From positions 29,226-93,225 of the forward strand of contig JBFLWA010000008.1 in assembly GCA_040758135.1 (NCBI GenBank): a stretch of 64,000 nt of DNA, in the 5' to 3' direction. The position numbers and the translations under genes are program-made. Shown one piece after another: positions 1-9,788 of the stretch. Every line of letters begins with the position of its first letter. Within the stretch, counting starts at the first letter, position 1. Below the pieces are notes generated by a model. The model saw only the letters and a list, made by a program, of their open reading frames with translations. It was not told the DNA's origin and searched no databases. The DNA comes from Bacillota bacterium. Lineage in GTDB: Bacteria; Bacillota; Sulfobacillia; JBFLWA01.

Positions 1-877
1 AGCGGGCCAGGCGGTCATTGCCATCACTGATCCGCTGCCACGAGTAGGGCCGATAGCCTACCAACCAGATCCCCTGATGCTCACCCGTGCGGGAGAAAAC
101 ATACCGGGCCGTGACTGGAGACCAGTCGGGATCAAGGGGAAACTGCCCTGGCTCGGTGATCTGGTAGCGCAGGTAGAAAACCCAGTCGTCGTAGATCTCG
201 TCAAGAGTTTTGCCATAGGTCAGAACCGCCGCCTGCTGGGCTTCAGTACCACGGGCCAGTTCCGCTATATAATCAGCCAGAGCCTGGCGGCCATAGTACT
301 CTGTCAGGTAGATGACCAGCACCATGCTGGTATCGTATGCCCGGTTCGAACTCCAGAACGAAGCATAGCTGAGTTCGTGGAACTTAGGGACAGGCAGACC
401 GTCCATTACCTGACCTTTATAGTCGCCCACTACCCACCGGATTCCCCTCTCGGTCCGCAGCATCTGGTACTCGGCCAGGCCCTCGTTGAGCCAGGCCGGG
501 GGACGGCGGCCGATGGCGTGCTGGAGGAGAATATGCGTGATCTCATGGGCCATAGTCTTGCGCAACCCAATCTCGCCGGCCCGGTAGGAGCATTTGATGT
601 AGTCATCCTCGGGAATGGCATAGCTGCGAAACTCCTGGCTGATGAGATCCACCCGGATAGGGCGAAGAGCCTCTACCCCCAAGAAGTCAGCCACATGGCG
701 ATACGCTTCCTCGCAGATCTGTCCCAGACGGACGATAGAAGGAGCCAGATCAGGACTGTATTCAATGATGAAGTGCTCTGTCCGATAAGGCGTGCCAGCC
801 TCCACTGGCCCTGGCCACAAAACGAGGCAGACTAAAATGGCCAGAACCGGGATCAGCCGTGCCCCGAGATTCCGCAC
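1..877 (-). CDS. Secreted zinc metallopeptidase, Peptidase_MA_2-like. The 5' part is in the window and the C-terminus lies beyond the window start.
   Basis: The minus-strand frame is open to the window edge. A GTG start near 877 is followed by a hydrophobic signal-like segment (RNLGARLIPVLAILVCLVLWPGPVEA). A HEITH zinc motif sits near 540-555 with a downstream NEGLAEY third-ligand motif. It is absent from the ORF track because no stop occurs inside the window. The plus-strand ORF 77..835 is judged an antisense artefact. Confidence 0.55.
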   Translation of the reverse strand, partial: MRNLGARLIPVLAILVCLVLWPGPVEAGTPYRTEHFIIEYSPDLAPSIVRLGQICEEAYRHVADFLGVEALRPIRVDLISQEFRSYAIPEDDYIKCSYRAGEIGLRKTMAHEITHILLQHAIGRRPPAWLNEGLAEYQMLRTERGIRWVVGDYKGQVMDGLPVPKFHELSYASFWSSNRAYDTSMVLVIYLTEYYGRQALADYIAELARGTEAQQAAVLTYGKTLDEIYDDWVFYLRYQITEPGQFPLDPDWSPVTARYVFSRTGEHQGIWLVGYRPYSWQRISDGNDRLAR

Positions 878-1019
878 CAGAATCCCCCCTCGGCATTCAT
901 GCCGAGACAAACTTCGTCGCTTTAGGGCAAAAGACCTGCTTGACCTGACTTTCGTGGCACCAAGTTCAGATCGGCCCGTTACCATATTCTATGCAACAGC
1001 CTATGAAGCAGAGCAGGTA

Positions 1020-1598
1020 TTAGTCCAGCTGGTGGCAGCGGCGGCAGCGCGCCTCGTAGCTTTCTTTGCCCCCGATCACCACCACCGGGTCGGTGCGCTT
1101 GGCTGGGCGACCGTTAATCAGGCGCTGATTGAAGCAGGCCGGCTCACCGCAAACAACGCAAATGGCCTTTAACTTGGTTACCTCATCGGCCACGGCCATC
1201 AAGTGGGGCATAATCCCGAATGGACGCCGGGCGAAGTCCATATCTAGCCCGGCCACCAGGACCCGTTTGCCTCTCTGCACAAGGCGCTCAATGACCGCGA
1301 TGAGCCCCGGGGCAAAGAACTGGGCCTCATCAATAGCCACCACATTGACATCAGCCCCGTTGGCCAGTTCTTCGACCAGCTCCGGTCGGTTCTCGTCCAC
1401 GATGGTCGCCTCGACACTGGCTCCGTTATGAGAGGCCACCACCTCACCGTAACGTGTGTCAATGGCCGGCTTAAAGACCATCACTGTCTTTCGGGCAATC
1501 ATTACCCTTCGTACCCGTCGGATTAGCTCCTCCGATTTGCCGCTGAACATACTGCCACAGACTATCTCCAGATGTCCCATGACTGTTGCCCCCTGCAT
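1020..1598 (-). CDS. tdk: Thymidine kinase
   Basis: Motifs: P-loop GSMFSGKSEELIRR, AIDEAQFF, GLDMDFRRPFG, and a C-terminal CxxC...CxxC zinc finger. The N-terminus aligns with B. subtilis Tdk. An alternative start at Met7 (1580) has the better RBS (AGGGGGC). Confidence 0.9.
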   Translation of the reverse strand: MQGATVMGHLEIVCGSMFSGKSEELIRRVRRVMIARKTVMVFKPAIDTRYGEVVASHNGASVEATIVDENRPELVEELANGADVNVVAIDEAQFFAPGLIAVIERLVQRGKRVLVAGLDMDFARRPFGIMPHLMAVADEVTKLKAICVVCGEPACFNQRLINGRPAKRTDPVVVIGGKESYEARCRRCHQLD

Positions 1599-1621
1599 AG
1601 ACTAGTTGTCTGGCGACCGGC

Positions 1622-2836
1622 TCAAGCCTGGCTCTCCCTGGCCTCGCCCCGGCGTACCGTGCTCATCAGCAGGAAGGCAGCAGCAAAGGCGGTGAAGGCT
1701 GCCCAGAACATGACCCCGCGCCCCAGTCGATCCATGAGGAAGCCGAAGACCGGGGGAGCTGAGATGGCGGCTAGAGACGAGAAGAAGTAGTAGAGCCCGG
1801 TGTAAGCACCGGTGCGCTCGGCTGTTACCATGTCAACCACCATTGGGTAAGAGTTGATGTTGATCAGTGCCCAGAAGAGGCCTCCCAGCAGCAGCAGCGG
1901 AAGCAGCAGCGCTGTGTTGCCAAAGAGCCCCATCAGGAGCAGAGCTATTCCCAGGCCGGCCACGCCCGTCTGAATGGTCCGGCGGCGCCCTAACCGGGTC
2001 GCTATGAAACCACTGGGGATGGCGAAGACCAGGAAAGTCAGGGAGAAGAAGCCCAGGCGCAGGGCGGCGGCGTCGGGGGACATCCCCCAGACATCCCTGG
2101 CATACAGGGTAAAGAAGGCCTCCACCCCGTTCCAACCAACGAACCAGAAGAAGATGGCCAGCAGTAGCCGCCACGGGCTGCGTTCGGGGCTCGACCAGAC
2201 CTCGTGAAAGGCAGCCACAATTCCCACCGGACGTTCTGTTCCCTGTTCCAGAATAGGCTGTTCCCGGATAGCCAGGCGCAGCAGAACAATGATGACCAGC
2301 ATTAGTCCACCGGCTGCCACAAACGGCAGGCTCGGGTCGATCCCGAACAGGCGGGAACCAACGAAGAAGGCCAGTAAGGCGCCGAACCCACCCATGAAAT
2401 TGATGATACCATTCCCTTTGCTGCGCAGGGGTGATGGAGTCAGGTCGGGCATCATGGCTACCGCGGGTGCCCGCCAGACGGCCATGGCAATATTCATAGC
2501 CACCAGACCGGTAATGAGTGGGGCTACACTATGCCGCAGGAAGGGGACAACGGCAAAGAGCAGGGCCGAAAGGGGCACGCCCACCAGGAGGTAGGGCATC
2601 CGCCGCCCGAACCGGTTCCAGGTTCGGTCACTCCTGGCGCCAAAGAACGGCTGCAGAGTGATGGCTGCGATATTGTCGAAAGTCATGATGGCCCCGATGA
2701 GAGTGCCCTTGAAGAGACTGTCGGTCAGGACATCATCGAGGAAAACCGGGACAAACGCGTTGTACAGGGCCCAAGTGAGAGAAATAGAGAAAAAACCCAG
2801 CCCAAGAACGAACAGGCGCCCGTAGCTAAACCTCAT
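1622..2836 (-). CDS. MFS-type transporter (12-TM permease)
   Basis: 404 aa. Hydrophobic throughout with MFS-like spacing of charged loops. Overlaps the upstream GDPD gene by 11 nt. Confidence 0.65.
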   Translation of the reverse strand: MRFSYGRLFVLGLGFFSISLTWALYNAFVPVFLDDVLTDSLFKGTLIGAIMTFDNIAAITLQPFFGARSDRTWNRFGRRMPYLLVGVPLSALLFAVVPFLRHSVAPLITGLVAMNIAMAVWRAPAVAMMPDLTPSPLRSKGNGIINFMGGFGALLAFFVGSRLFGIDPSLPFVAAGGLMLVIIVLLRLAIREQPILEQGTERPVGIVAAFHEVWSSPERSPWRLLLAIFFWFVGWNGVEAFFTLYARDVWGMSPDAAALRLGFFSLTFLVFAIPSGFIATRLGRRRTIQTGVAGLGIALLLMGLFGNTALLLPLLLLGGLFWALININSYPMVVDMVTAERTGAYTGLYYFFSSLAAISAPPVFGFLMDRLGRGVMFWAAFTAFAAAFLLMSTVRRGEARESQA

Positions 2837-3569
2837 CCTCGTACTCCTCCTTTAGGGTGTTAACAGCTCGCTCTGGATAGTTGGTGATGATGGCCTCCAC
2901 TCCCAGTGCCGCCAGGCGCCTGATCTGGGCAGGCTGGTCCACGGTCCAGGGACGGATCTTGATCCCCCACTCGCGGCACTTTCTCGCCAGTCGCGACGAG
3001 ACCCAGTGGCGTTCGGGATGAACCGCCTCGGCACCCAGTTGCCGGGCCTTCTGCCACGGGGCCCGGATCGGGAGTGAATAGAGCAGTCCGGTGGCGATCT
3101 CCGGGGCCAACCGCCGACATAAGCCCAGGCTGTTGCGGTTGAAAGTTGAGAGGATGGTCCGGCCAGGATCGCCCCGCTCCCGGACCAGGCGAATGCATTC
3201 AGCCCCCAGTCCCGGGTAGCGTATAACGCTATCCTTCAGTTCGATATTGAGCCAGAGACCCTCTTTAGTCGCCAGATCCAGTACATCACTGAGCCGGGGC
3301 ACCCCCTGGCCTGCGAACTCGGCCCCACGCCAGGAACCCGCGTCGAGCCGTTCCAGTTCAGCCCAGGTCAGATCCCTCACCCAACCACGACCATCGGTGG
3401 TGCGGTCTACCCTCTCGTCATGGATGACTACCGGCACCCCATCGCGACTGAGCTGAACATCCAGTTCGAACCCGTCGGCGCCCTGCCGGGCGGCCAGAAG
3501 AAAAGCTGCCATGGTGTTCTCGGGTGCCTGGCCGGCTGCCCCCCGGTGGGCAAAGACCAAAGGGCGCAT
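2826..3569 (-). CDS. Glycerophosphodiester phosphodiesterase (GDPD family)
   Basis: N-terminus FAHRGAAGQAPENTMAAF, then ELDVQLSRDGVPVVIHDERVDRTTDG and a GDPD TIM-barrel signature. Confidence 0.8.
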   Translation of the reverse strand: MRPLVFAHRGAAGQAPENTMAAFLLAARQGADGFELDVQLSRDGVPVVIHDERVDRTTDGRGWVRDLTWAELERLDAGSWRGAEFAGQGVPRLSDVLDLATKEGLWLNIELKDSVIRYPGLGAECIRLVRERGDPGRTILSTFNRNSLGLCRRLAPEIATGLLYSLPIRAPWQKARQLGAEAVHPERHWVSSRLARKCREWGIKIRPWTVDQPAQIRRLAALGVEAIITNYPERAVNTLKEEYEDEV

Positions 3570-3715
3570 CCCACCACTTCCCTTCGTAGGATCGCTATTG
3601 GTATTCCTTTCGTCCCGGTCTAAACCCTGCCGGTCGAGGGAAAATGGTACCCGGTATACCAGTTTGCGGTATGAGAGAAGGCGATAGCGGCAAGGCTATT
3701 TCGGGAGGGGTTTAA

Positions 3716-4717
3716 ATGCGTTGGACAACACTGGTTCGTCGCACTCTGTTGGCCATCATCGGGCTGGCCCTGGTGCTCACTCTGTGGGAGAGGTCGTGGG
3801 CTCCGGCTATGGCGGATTCTACGGTTATCGGTCCAGGTCGAGCCGCTATCTGGCACCCTGACGGCCAGGCTATTACTATCATCAATGTCGACGGGATCCG
3901 TCTTCACCAGCTCGCTGACCACACTGAGTACTATCTGGTACGCGATCCGGGGTGCTTTTCAGCCGCCTGGGCACCCGGAGGCCGATACCTAGCCTACTTG
4001 GCGGTTGAGGGCGGAAAGAGCAGCTTGCGCGTCCTCGATCTCCAAACGCGCCACGTCAGCCCGGTTACCGACTCAGCCGTCGAGCGTTACGCCTGGATCG
4101 GCCCTGACCAGTTGGTCTTCGGCCAGGTCTGGCCCCGGTCAGAGCTGAGAATCTTCGATTGCGCCAGCCGAGATAGCTTTGTCGTTTACCGGTCCGAGTC
4201 TCCACTGATGGATGTGGCTGCCACTAACGATTACCTTCTATTCACTCAGGCCTCGGATGAGGGGCACTTTGAGGGTTACCGGCTCCCCGTGGCCCTAGCT
4301 GCCTCCGGACGCTCCGGTCCCACGCCGGAACCCATCGGGGCCGCCGACTACCTGGTGCCCGACCGCGCCGGACGGCACCTGGCGGCAGTCCGCATCTCCA
4401 GCGAGGACGGCCTCTACCTTGTTGACACTGAGACCGGCCTGTGGCGGAAAGCCGCCGCTGGTATCGTCCTCGATCTGGCCTGGTCTCCCGCCGGACACAT
4501 ACTGGCCTTCACCCGGGGCGGAAAGGGCCATACCTGGAATCTGATGCTGCTCAGCGGCAGTCGGCTGCGGCAGTTAACCCAGGGAAAGCATGTCACCTCT
4601 CCGGCCTGGTCGCCCGACGGCCGAGCCCTGGTGGTAGCTGTATACGAACTAAGCAAGAGCCCGTCCGATTACGGCCAGGCCCAAATCCACCTGATTCAGG
4701 TGGATACAGGGAGTTAA
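3716..4717 (+). CDS. TolB-like beta-propeller (PD40 repeat) protein with an N-terminal membrane anchor or signal
   Basis: N-terminal hydrophobic segment. Repeated AW[AS]P[DG]G[RH] PD40-type motifs (AAWAPGGRYLAY, AWSPAGHILAF, SPAWSPDGRALVV). Confidence 0.5.
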   Translation: MRWTTLVRRTLLAIIGLALVLTLWERSWAPAMADSTVIGPGRAAIWHPDGQAITIINVDGIRLHQLADHTEYYLVRDPGCFSAAWAPGGRYLAYLAVEGGKSSLRVLDLQTRHVSPVTDSAVERYAWIGPDQLVFGQVWPRSELRIFDCASRDSFVVYRSESPLMDVAATNDYLLFTQASDEGHFEGYRLPVALAASGRSGPTPEPIGAADYLVPDRAGRHLAAVRISSEDGLYLVDTETGLWRKAAAGIVLDLAWSPAGHILAFTRGGKGHTWNLMLLSGSRLRQLTQGKHVTSPAWSPDGRALVVAVYELSKSPSDYGQAQIHLIQVDTGS

Positions 4718-4797
4718 CCCTCGGCTCCTGCGCATCTGCGGGCTGCGGCGTCTACCCCTCTACTCTCCGGAATAAGAATTCAGGAGGGGGTGATTAG

Positions 4798-5862
4798 TTG
4801 CGCCGCTTCTCTTCCTTCCGGGTTATCAGGCTTCGGCGCCTGGCAGTCAGTCTGGCCAAAGTCGCCTTGACCCTGGCCCTGTTTCTGGCCATGGTCACTT
4901 TGGGGCAGTTCTTCTGGGTCGACTATAGTCGGGAGCCAGCCTTGGCCACAGTGCGCCCCGGCGTGTCACTGGTCACCCTGAGTCCCATGGGGCCCCGAAC
5001 CTCGCTGAACCTGGGCGGCCTGACGGCCAGCCAACTCACGGCCCTGCTCGGGGAGATCGCTCCCAGTCAGGTGCGTCCCGCCACCGATGCCTATATCGAC
5101 CCGGTGACCCTCGGCAAGGTACCGGGGCTTCCAGGGTGGGCGCTGGATGTGGAGGCCACGGCCCGGGCGGTGCTCGAGGCCGCCGAAGGCGCTCAGGTCA
5201 ACCCTATCTTCCGCCCCTTCCCACCGGCCGTACGCCTGGAAGACCTGCCCCCGGCCCCCATCTACGGGGGCAACCCAGCCCGGACCGAGATGGCCCTGAT
5301 GATCAACATCGGCACTGGCGGTGATTACCTGCCGGCCATCCTCGATACCCTGGACGAACATGGAGTCCGGGTTAGCTTCTGCCTGGTGGGAGTATGGGCC
5401 GAAGCCCATCCCCATCTCGTCCACGAACTGGTCTGCGGGGGCCACGAAGTCGGCAATCACGGGTACGCCCACCTGCACCCCACCAGGGTCAGCCCAGCCC
5501 AGCTGCTGGCCGATACCACCAAGGGAGCCCAGTTGATCCAGGCCCTCATCGGCGCGCCACCGGCCTTCTTCCAGCCTGCTTACGGCGAATGGGATCTGCA
5601 GAGCGTGGAGACTCTTCAGCGGGAACTGGGATTGGAGACAGTACTGTGGACCATCGACACTGTCGACTGGAAGCGACCGCCGGTCCAGCGAATGTACGAG
5701 AAGGTGATGCGGCTGGCCACCGGTGGTGCCATCGTGCTCATGCACCCCACCGAAACCTCGGTCGAGCTCCTGCGGCTCCTCATCCCTGCCCTCCGGCAGA
5801 AAGGCCACGAATTGATCCCGGTGAGTGAACTAATTGCCGAACTCCCCGGACAAGGGAGGTGA
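4798..5862 (+). CDS. Polysaccharide deacetylase (NodB homology domain), membrane-anchored
   Basis: TM segment near the N-terminus. NodB motifs FCLVGVWAEAHPHLV, HEVGNHGYAH, LWTIDTVDW, GAIVLMHP. Confidence 0.75.
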   Translation: MRRFSSFRVIRLRRLAVSLAKVALTLALFLAMVTLGQFFWVDYSREPALATVRPGVSLVTLSPMGPRTSLNLGGLTASQLTALLGEIAPSQVRPATDAYIDPVTLGKVPGLPGWALDVEATARAVLEAAEGAQVNPIFRPFPPAVRLEDLPPAPIYGGNPARTEMALMINIGTGGDYLPAILDTLDEHGVRVSFCLVGVWAEAHPHLVHELVCGGHEVGNHGYAHLHPTRVSPAQLLADTTKGAQLIQALIGAPPAFFQPAYGEWDLQSVETLQRELGLETVLWTIDTVDWKRPPVQRMYEKVMRLATGGAIVLMHPTETSVELLRLLIPALRQKGHELIPVSELIAELPGQGR

Positions 5863-5867
5863 TTTGA

Positions 5868-6620
5868 GTGTATATCATCCACTTTCCTCAGCGACTGTTG
5901 AGAAGAGGCGCCCTTTTCCTGGCCGTCATGGTAGTGACGATGATCGTTGCCTATCTACTGACCCCTCCGGTTATCGAGCGCAATCAGGATCAGCCGGTGG
6001 CTGCCGCCAAGCTCCTTCCGCTGATGCAGGTCAGCACGAGAGAACCGGCCCTGGCCCTTACCTTCGATATCAGCTGGGGCGAGGCAATGCCCCCTAAGGT
6101 TCTGGCCGTCCTTCGTGAGCACGGCGTCACCTGCACATTCTTTCTGTCCGGACCGTGGGCGCGGCGTCACCCGGAGATTGTGCGGCAGATCGTAACCGAT
6201 GGCCACGACATCCAGAGTCATGGCCAGGAACACAAAGACTATAGCACCCTGACCAAGGCACAGCTAATCCAAAACATCCGGGAATCGCAGGAGATCCTGG
6301 AGGCCCTGACTGGCCGTCTCCCCACCTATGTGCGTCCACCTAACGGCGATTATGATGATAAATCGATCATCGCCGCCGGCGAAATAGGAGTGACCCTAGT
6401 CACCTGGTCAGTCGACACATTGGACTGGATGAACCCGGGGGTACAGCGCATTAAGGAGCGGGCGCTGCGCCTGGCGCACAAAGGTGCTATAGTCTTACTG
6501 CACGCCAGCGACAGCTGTAAGCAAACCGACCTGGCCCTACCCGATATCATCAAAGGGCTTCGTGACCAGGGCTATCAGTTAGTTACTCTGCCAGAGCTAG
6601 TTGAGATGGAGACCAAGTAG
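5868..6620 (+). CDS. Polysaccharide deacetylase (NodB homology domain), tandem paralogue
   Basis: TM anchor. Motifs TFDISWG, TFFLSGPWARRHPEIV, HDIQSHGQEH, TWSVDTLDW, GAIVLLHA. Lies 6 nt downstream of its paralogue. Confidence 0.75.
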   Translation: MYIIHFPQRLLRRGALFLAVMVVTMIVAYLLTPPVIERNQDQPVAAAKLLPLMQVSTREPALALTFDISWGEAMPPKVLAVLREHGVTCTFFLSGPWARRHPEIVRQIVTDGHDIQSHGQEHKDYSTLTKAQLIQNIRESQEILEALTGRLPTYVRPPNGDYDDKSIIAAGEIGVTLVTWSVDTLDWMNPGVQRIKERALRLAHKGAIVLLHASDSCKQTDLALPDIIKGLRDQGYQLVTLPELVEMETK

Positions 6621-6730
6621 GCAAAGAGTTTTCGTCCAATGCGCCCGGACCGGTGGTCCGGGTGCTTCCGCTCCTAGATAGCTTGTCTTTTACTACTAAA
6701 AAATCTTAATTCAGACTACTCTTTTTTTAC

Positions 6731-6759
6731 TTTACATCCTTACAGTAGCAGTATATAAT
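6731..6759 (+). promoter_or_regulatory. Near-consensus sigma-A promoter (TTTACA-N17-TATAAT) for the regulator/hydrogenase locus
   Basis: Located in an AT-rich intergenic stretch. TTTACA at 6731-6736, a 17-nt spacer and TATAAT at 6754-6759. The RBS GAGGGAGG precedes the GTG start at 6821. Confidence 0.45.
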
Positions 6760-6820
6760 CTGAAACGAACGGTGATTGTGAAGCTTTTCACTAGTCCTCA
6801 TCCGAGGGAGGTCCTGAACC

Positions 6821-7375
6821 GTGGAGTTCGCCGAGCGACTTAAGCGAATGCGGATTAACAGCGGTCTGAGCGTGCGGGCCTTGGCCGAGCGAGTGGGCGT
6901 CTCCGCCAGCTTCATCTACCAGCTGGAGAAGGGCGAGACATCCCCCTCCTTCTCCACCCTCCGCAGGCTGGCCGATGTCTTCAGTTCGAGCATCTCGGTC
7001 TTCTTAGAAGACCAGTTGCCCGATGATTGGGTCATCGTGAGGCACGACCGGAGGAAGCAGATTATTACCGGAGATCCAGCTTGCCAGGCCGAGCTTATGC
7101 TCTTCCTGGGCTCGCGGGCCAAGCGTATGCAGCCGGTGGTAATCCGCCTGGCTCCTGGCGGCACTATATCGGACTTCATTTATCAGCACCAGCGGGATGA
7201 CCTGATCTACCTGTGCCGGGGGAGCCTCGAGATCGTAACGGGCGGCAAGAGCTACATACTTGAGGCCGGGGATGCCGCCTACTTCACCTTCGTCGAACCA
7301 GAGTCGATCCGGAACAACGGTCCCGAAGAGGCCGAGTTTCTATGGGTCGTCTCTCCGCCCAGTGCTGACAGCTAG
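6821..7375 (+). CDS. XRE-family HTH plus cupin-domain transcriptional regulator
   Basis: N-terminal HTH (LSVRALAERVGVSASFIYQLEKGETSPSFSTLRRLADV). C-terminal cupin beta-barrel pattern (G.SYILEAGDAAYF). First gene of the hydrogenase cluster. Confidence 0.7.
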   Translation: MEFAERLKRMRINSGLSVRALAERVGVSASFIYQLEKGETSPSFSTLRRLADVFSSSISVFLEDQLPDDWVIVRHDRRKQIITGDPACQAELMLFLGSRAKRMQPVVIRLAPGGTISDFIYQHQRDDLIYLCRGSLEIVTGGKSYILEAGDAAYFTFVEPESIRNNGPEEAEFLWVVSPPSADS

Positions 7376-7408
7376 AGAATGTAAACAGAGCTAAGGAGGA
7401 AACGGAGC

Positions 7409-7903
7409 ATGAGTGCTGCTAAACGAAGTTTCGCCCGGATCAACCAGATCATCGAGAAGCACGAGGGTAAGGTCTCCAACCTCATCGCTATCCTCCAGGG
7501 AGTCCAAGAGGAATACCGCTACCTTCCGGAGGAGGTTCTCACCTACATTGCCACGGCTCTCGATCTCTCTCCCGCGACCGTCTACGGGGTAGCCACTTTC
7601 TACACCCAGTTCTCACTGAGGCCCAAGGGGAAGTATGTTATCAAGATCTGCGACGGCACTGCGTGCCATGTGCGGGGTTCCGATAAGATCCGGTATCTGA
7701 TCCGGGACAAGCTGGGTCTGGGCGACAAGAAAGATACCACCGATGACCTTCGTTTCACAGTGGAGACCGTATCGTGCATCGGGGCCTGTGGCCTGGCTCC
7801 GGTAGTCACGGTTAATGATGAGGAAGTCCACGGGCAGGTAACGCCGGAAGCCATGGAGATTGTGCTGGAGCAGTTGCTGCAGAAGGAGGGCGAGACCGAG
7901 TGA
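7409..7903 (+). CDS. hydC: [FeFe]-hydrogenase gamma subunit / NuoE-like thioredoxin-fold [2Fe-2S] protein
   Basis: 164 aa. NuoE-type CxxxxC...CxxxC pattern (ICDGTACHVRG ... VSCIGACGLAPVVTVN). Overlaps the hydB start (ATGA-type coupling). Confidence 0.8.
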   Translation: MSAAKRSFARINQIIEKHEGKVSNLIAILQGVQEEYRYLPEEVLTYIATALDLSPATVYGVATFYTQFSLRPKGKYVIKICDGTACHVRGSDKIRYLIRDKLGLGDKKDTTDDLRFTVETVSCIGACGLAPVVTVNDEEVHGQVTPEAMEIVLEQLLQKEGETE

Positions 7904-9777
7904 TTACCTCTCGACAGGATCTGGACCGGGTTAGGGCAACGGTATCCGAGGCTCTGGGGCGGCAGAAGGCCCGGGTACTCATCTGCGCCGGCACCGGGTG
8001 TGTTGCTAATGGCTCACTAAAGGTCTACCAGCGCTTTGTGGAAGTCCTCAAGGCTAGAGGGCTCTACACCGATGTCGATCTTCTCCTCCAGCACGAGGGG
8101 GATGGCACCACGGTGGCCAAGAGCGGGTGCCATGGCTTTTGCCAGATGGGACCGCTGGTCCGCATCGAACCCCACGAGTTCTTTTACACCAAGGTTCGCC
8201 CGGATGATGTAACCGAGATTGTTGAACACACTCTGGAGCAGGGTGAGGTTATTGAGCGCCTGCTCTATACTGATCCTGTCACCAATGAGAAGGCCGTGAG
8301 CGAGGATAGCATCCCCTTCTACAAGTACCAGAACCGGGTGGCCCTGGCCAACTGCGGTCGGCTGGACCCCGAGGATATCCGCGAGTACATCGTCCACGAT
8401 GGCTACCAGGCTATTGCCCGGGCCTTAACCCTCTCACCCGAGGAAGTCATCTCCATGGTTAAGGAATCTGGCTTGCGCGGCCGTGGCGGTGGCGGCTTCC
8501 CGGCAGCCCGCAAGTGGGAGCTGGCCCGGGAGGCCGAGGGCGCTATCAAATACATCATCTGCAACGGGGATGAGGGCGACCCGGGCGCCTTCATGGATCG
8601 TAGCGTCATGGAGGGCGATCCCCACCGGGTCGTCGAGGGGATGATGATCGCCGGTTACGCCGTGGGTGCCAGCGAAGGTTACTGTTATGTTCGGGCCGAA
8701 TACCCCCTGGCCGTCTCCCGCCTGCGCAAAGCGGTAGCCGAAGCCGAGGCCCGGGGCCTTCTGGGCGACTCCATCCTGGGTAGCGGTTTTTCCTTCCGAA
8801 TACGCATTAAGGAGGGCGCCGGTGCCTTTGTGTGCGGCGAGGAAACCGCCCTGATGGCTTCCATCGAAGGCAAGCGGGGCATGCCCAACCCCCGTCCCCC
8901 TTACCCGGCCACCCGGGGACTCTGGGGAAAGCCGACGGTAATCAATAATGTAGAGACTCTGGCCAATGTACCGGCCATCGTCCTTAAGGGCGGCGACTGG
9001 TTCCGATCTTACGGCACTCCGACCAGCCCGGGCACCAAGACCTTCGCCCTGGCCGGCCATGTCGCCAACACCGGCCTGGTCGAGGTCCCCATGGGCCTGC
9101 CGCTGCGTGACATTATCTTCAAGATCGGCGGTGGGATTCGCGGCGGCCGGGAATTTAAGGCGGTCCAGATTGGCGGCCCCTCGGGCGGCTGTCTCTGCAC
9201 CGAACACCTGGACCTGCCTCTGGACTATGACTCTCTCAAGAAAGTGGGAGCGATGGTTGGCTCCGGCGGTCTGGTGGTCATGGATGATAGCACCTGCATG
9301 GTCGAAGTGGCCCAGTTCTTTATGAACTTCGCTCAGAACGAGTCGTGCGGCAAGTGTGTCCCTTGCCGCGAGGGCACCAAACAGATGCTGGCCGTCCTGC
9401 AGCGGATCACCGCCGGCCAGGGCCAACCGGGCGATGTCGCCCTCCTGGAAGAACTGGCCGAGGTTGTGCGCGACGGATCCCTCTGCGGGCTGGGCAAGAC
9501 CGCTCCAAACCCGATCTTGACCACTCTCAAGTACTTCCGGCATGAGTACGAGGCGCATGTCCGCGAAAAGCGCTGTCCGGCCAATGCCTGCGAGGCGCTG
9601 AAGAGCTACTCGGTGGATCCGGAGAAGTGCAAAGGCTGTACCCTGTGTGCCCGGGTCTGCCCGGTTGGTGCTATTACCGGTGAACGTGGCCAGCCGCATA
9701 CCATTGATGCCAGCAAGTGCATTAAGTGCAATGCCTGTGTGGAGAAGTGCCGTTTTGGCGCTATCCGGACTAACTGA
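7900..9777 (+). CDS. hydB: [FeFe]-hydrogenase beta subunit / NuoF-like NAD(P)H-binding flavoprotein. It has an N-terminal thioredoxin-like 2Fe-2S domain and two C-terminal 4Fe-4S ferredoxin domains.
   Basis: FMN/NADH motifs GRGGGGFPAARKW and CGKCVPCREGT. C-terminal CKGCTLCARVCP and CIKCNACVEKC. Confidence 0.85.
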   Translation: MITSRQDLDRVRATVSEALGRQKARVLICAGTGCVANGSLKVYQRFVEVLKARGLYTDVDLLLQHEGDGTTVAKSGCHGFCQMGPLVRIEPHEFFYTKVRPDDVTEIVEHTLEQGEVIERLLYTDPVTNEKAVSEDSIPFYKYQNRVALANCGRLDPEDIREYIVHDGYQAIARALTLSPEEVISMVKESGLRGRGGGGFPAARKWELAREAEGAIKYIICNGDEGDPGAFMDRSVMEGDPHRVVEGMMIAGYAVGASEGYCYVRAEYPLAVSRLRKAVAEAEARGLLGDSILGSGFSFRIRIKEGAGAFVCGEETALMASIEGKRGMPNPRPPYPATRGLWGKPTVINNVETLANVPAIVLKGGDWFRSYGTPTSPGTKTFALAGHVANTGLVEVPMGLPLRDIIFKIGGGIRGGREFKAVQIGGPSGGCLCTEHLDLPLDYDSLKKVGAMVGSGGLVVMDDSTCMVEVAQFFMNFAQNESCGKCVPCREGTKQMLAVLQRITAGQGQPGDVALLEELAEVVRDGSLCGLGKTAPNPILTTLKYFRHEYEAHVREKRCPANACEALKSYSVDPEKCKGCTLCARVCPVGAITGERGQPHTIDASKCIKCNACVEKCRFGAIRTN

Positions 9778-9788
9778 GGGAGGCAGAA

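Noticed and set aside
77-835. Plus-strand 252-aa ORF at the window start
   Set aside because: No recognisable motifs. The opposite strand encodes a protein with HEITH/NEGLAEY zinc-peptidase motifs and a signal peptide in a frame open to the window edge. The plus ORF is a typical high-GC antisense artefact.
8434-9699. Long antisense ORFs. These include 8434..9699 (421 aa), 4966..5808, 22045..23163, 26904..28319, 55776..57098, 57422..58378, 53287..54810 and others.
   Set aside because: All lie opposite genes with clear conserved motifs. Their compositions are Arg/Gly/Ala/Pro-rich, as expected for non-coding frames in high-GC DNA.
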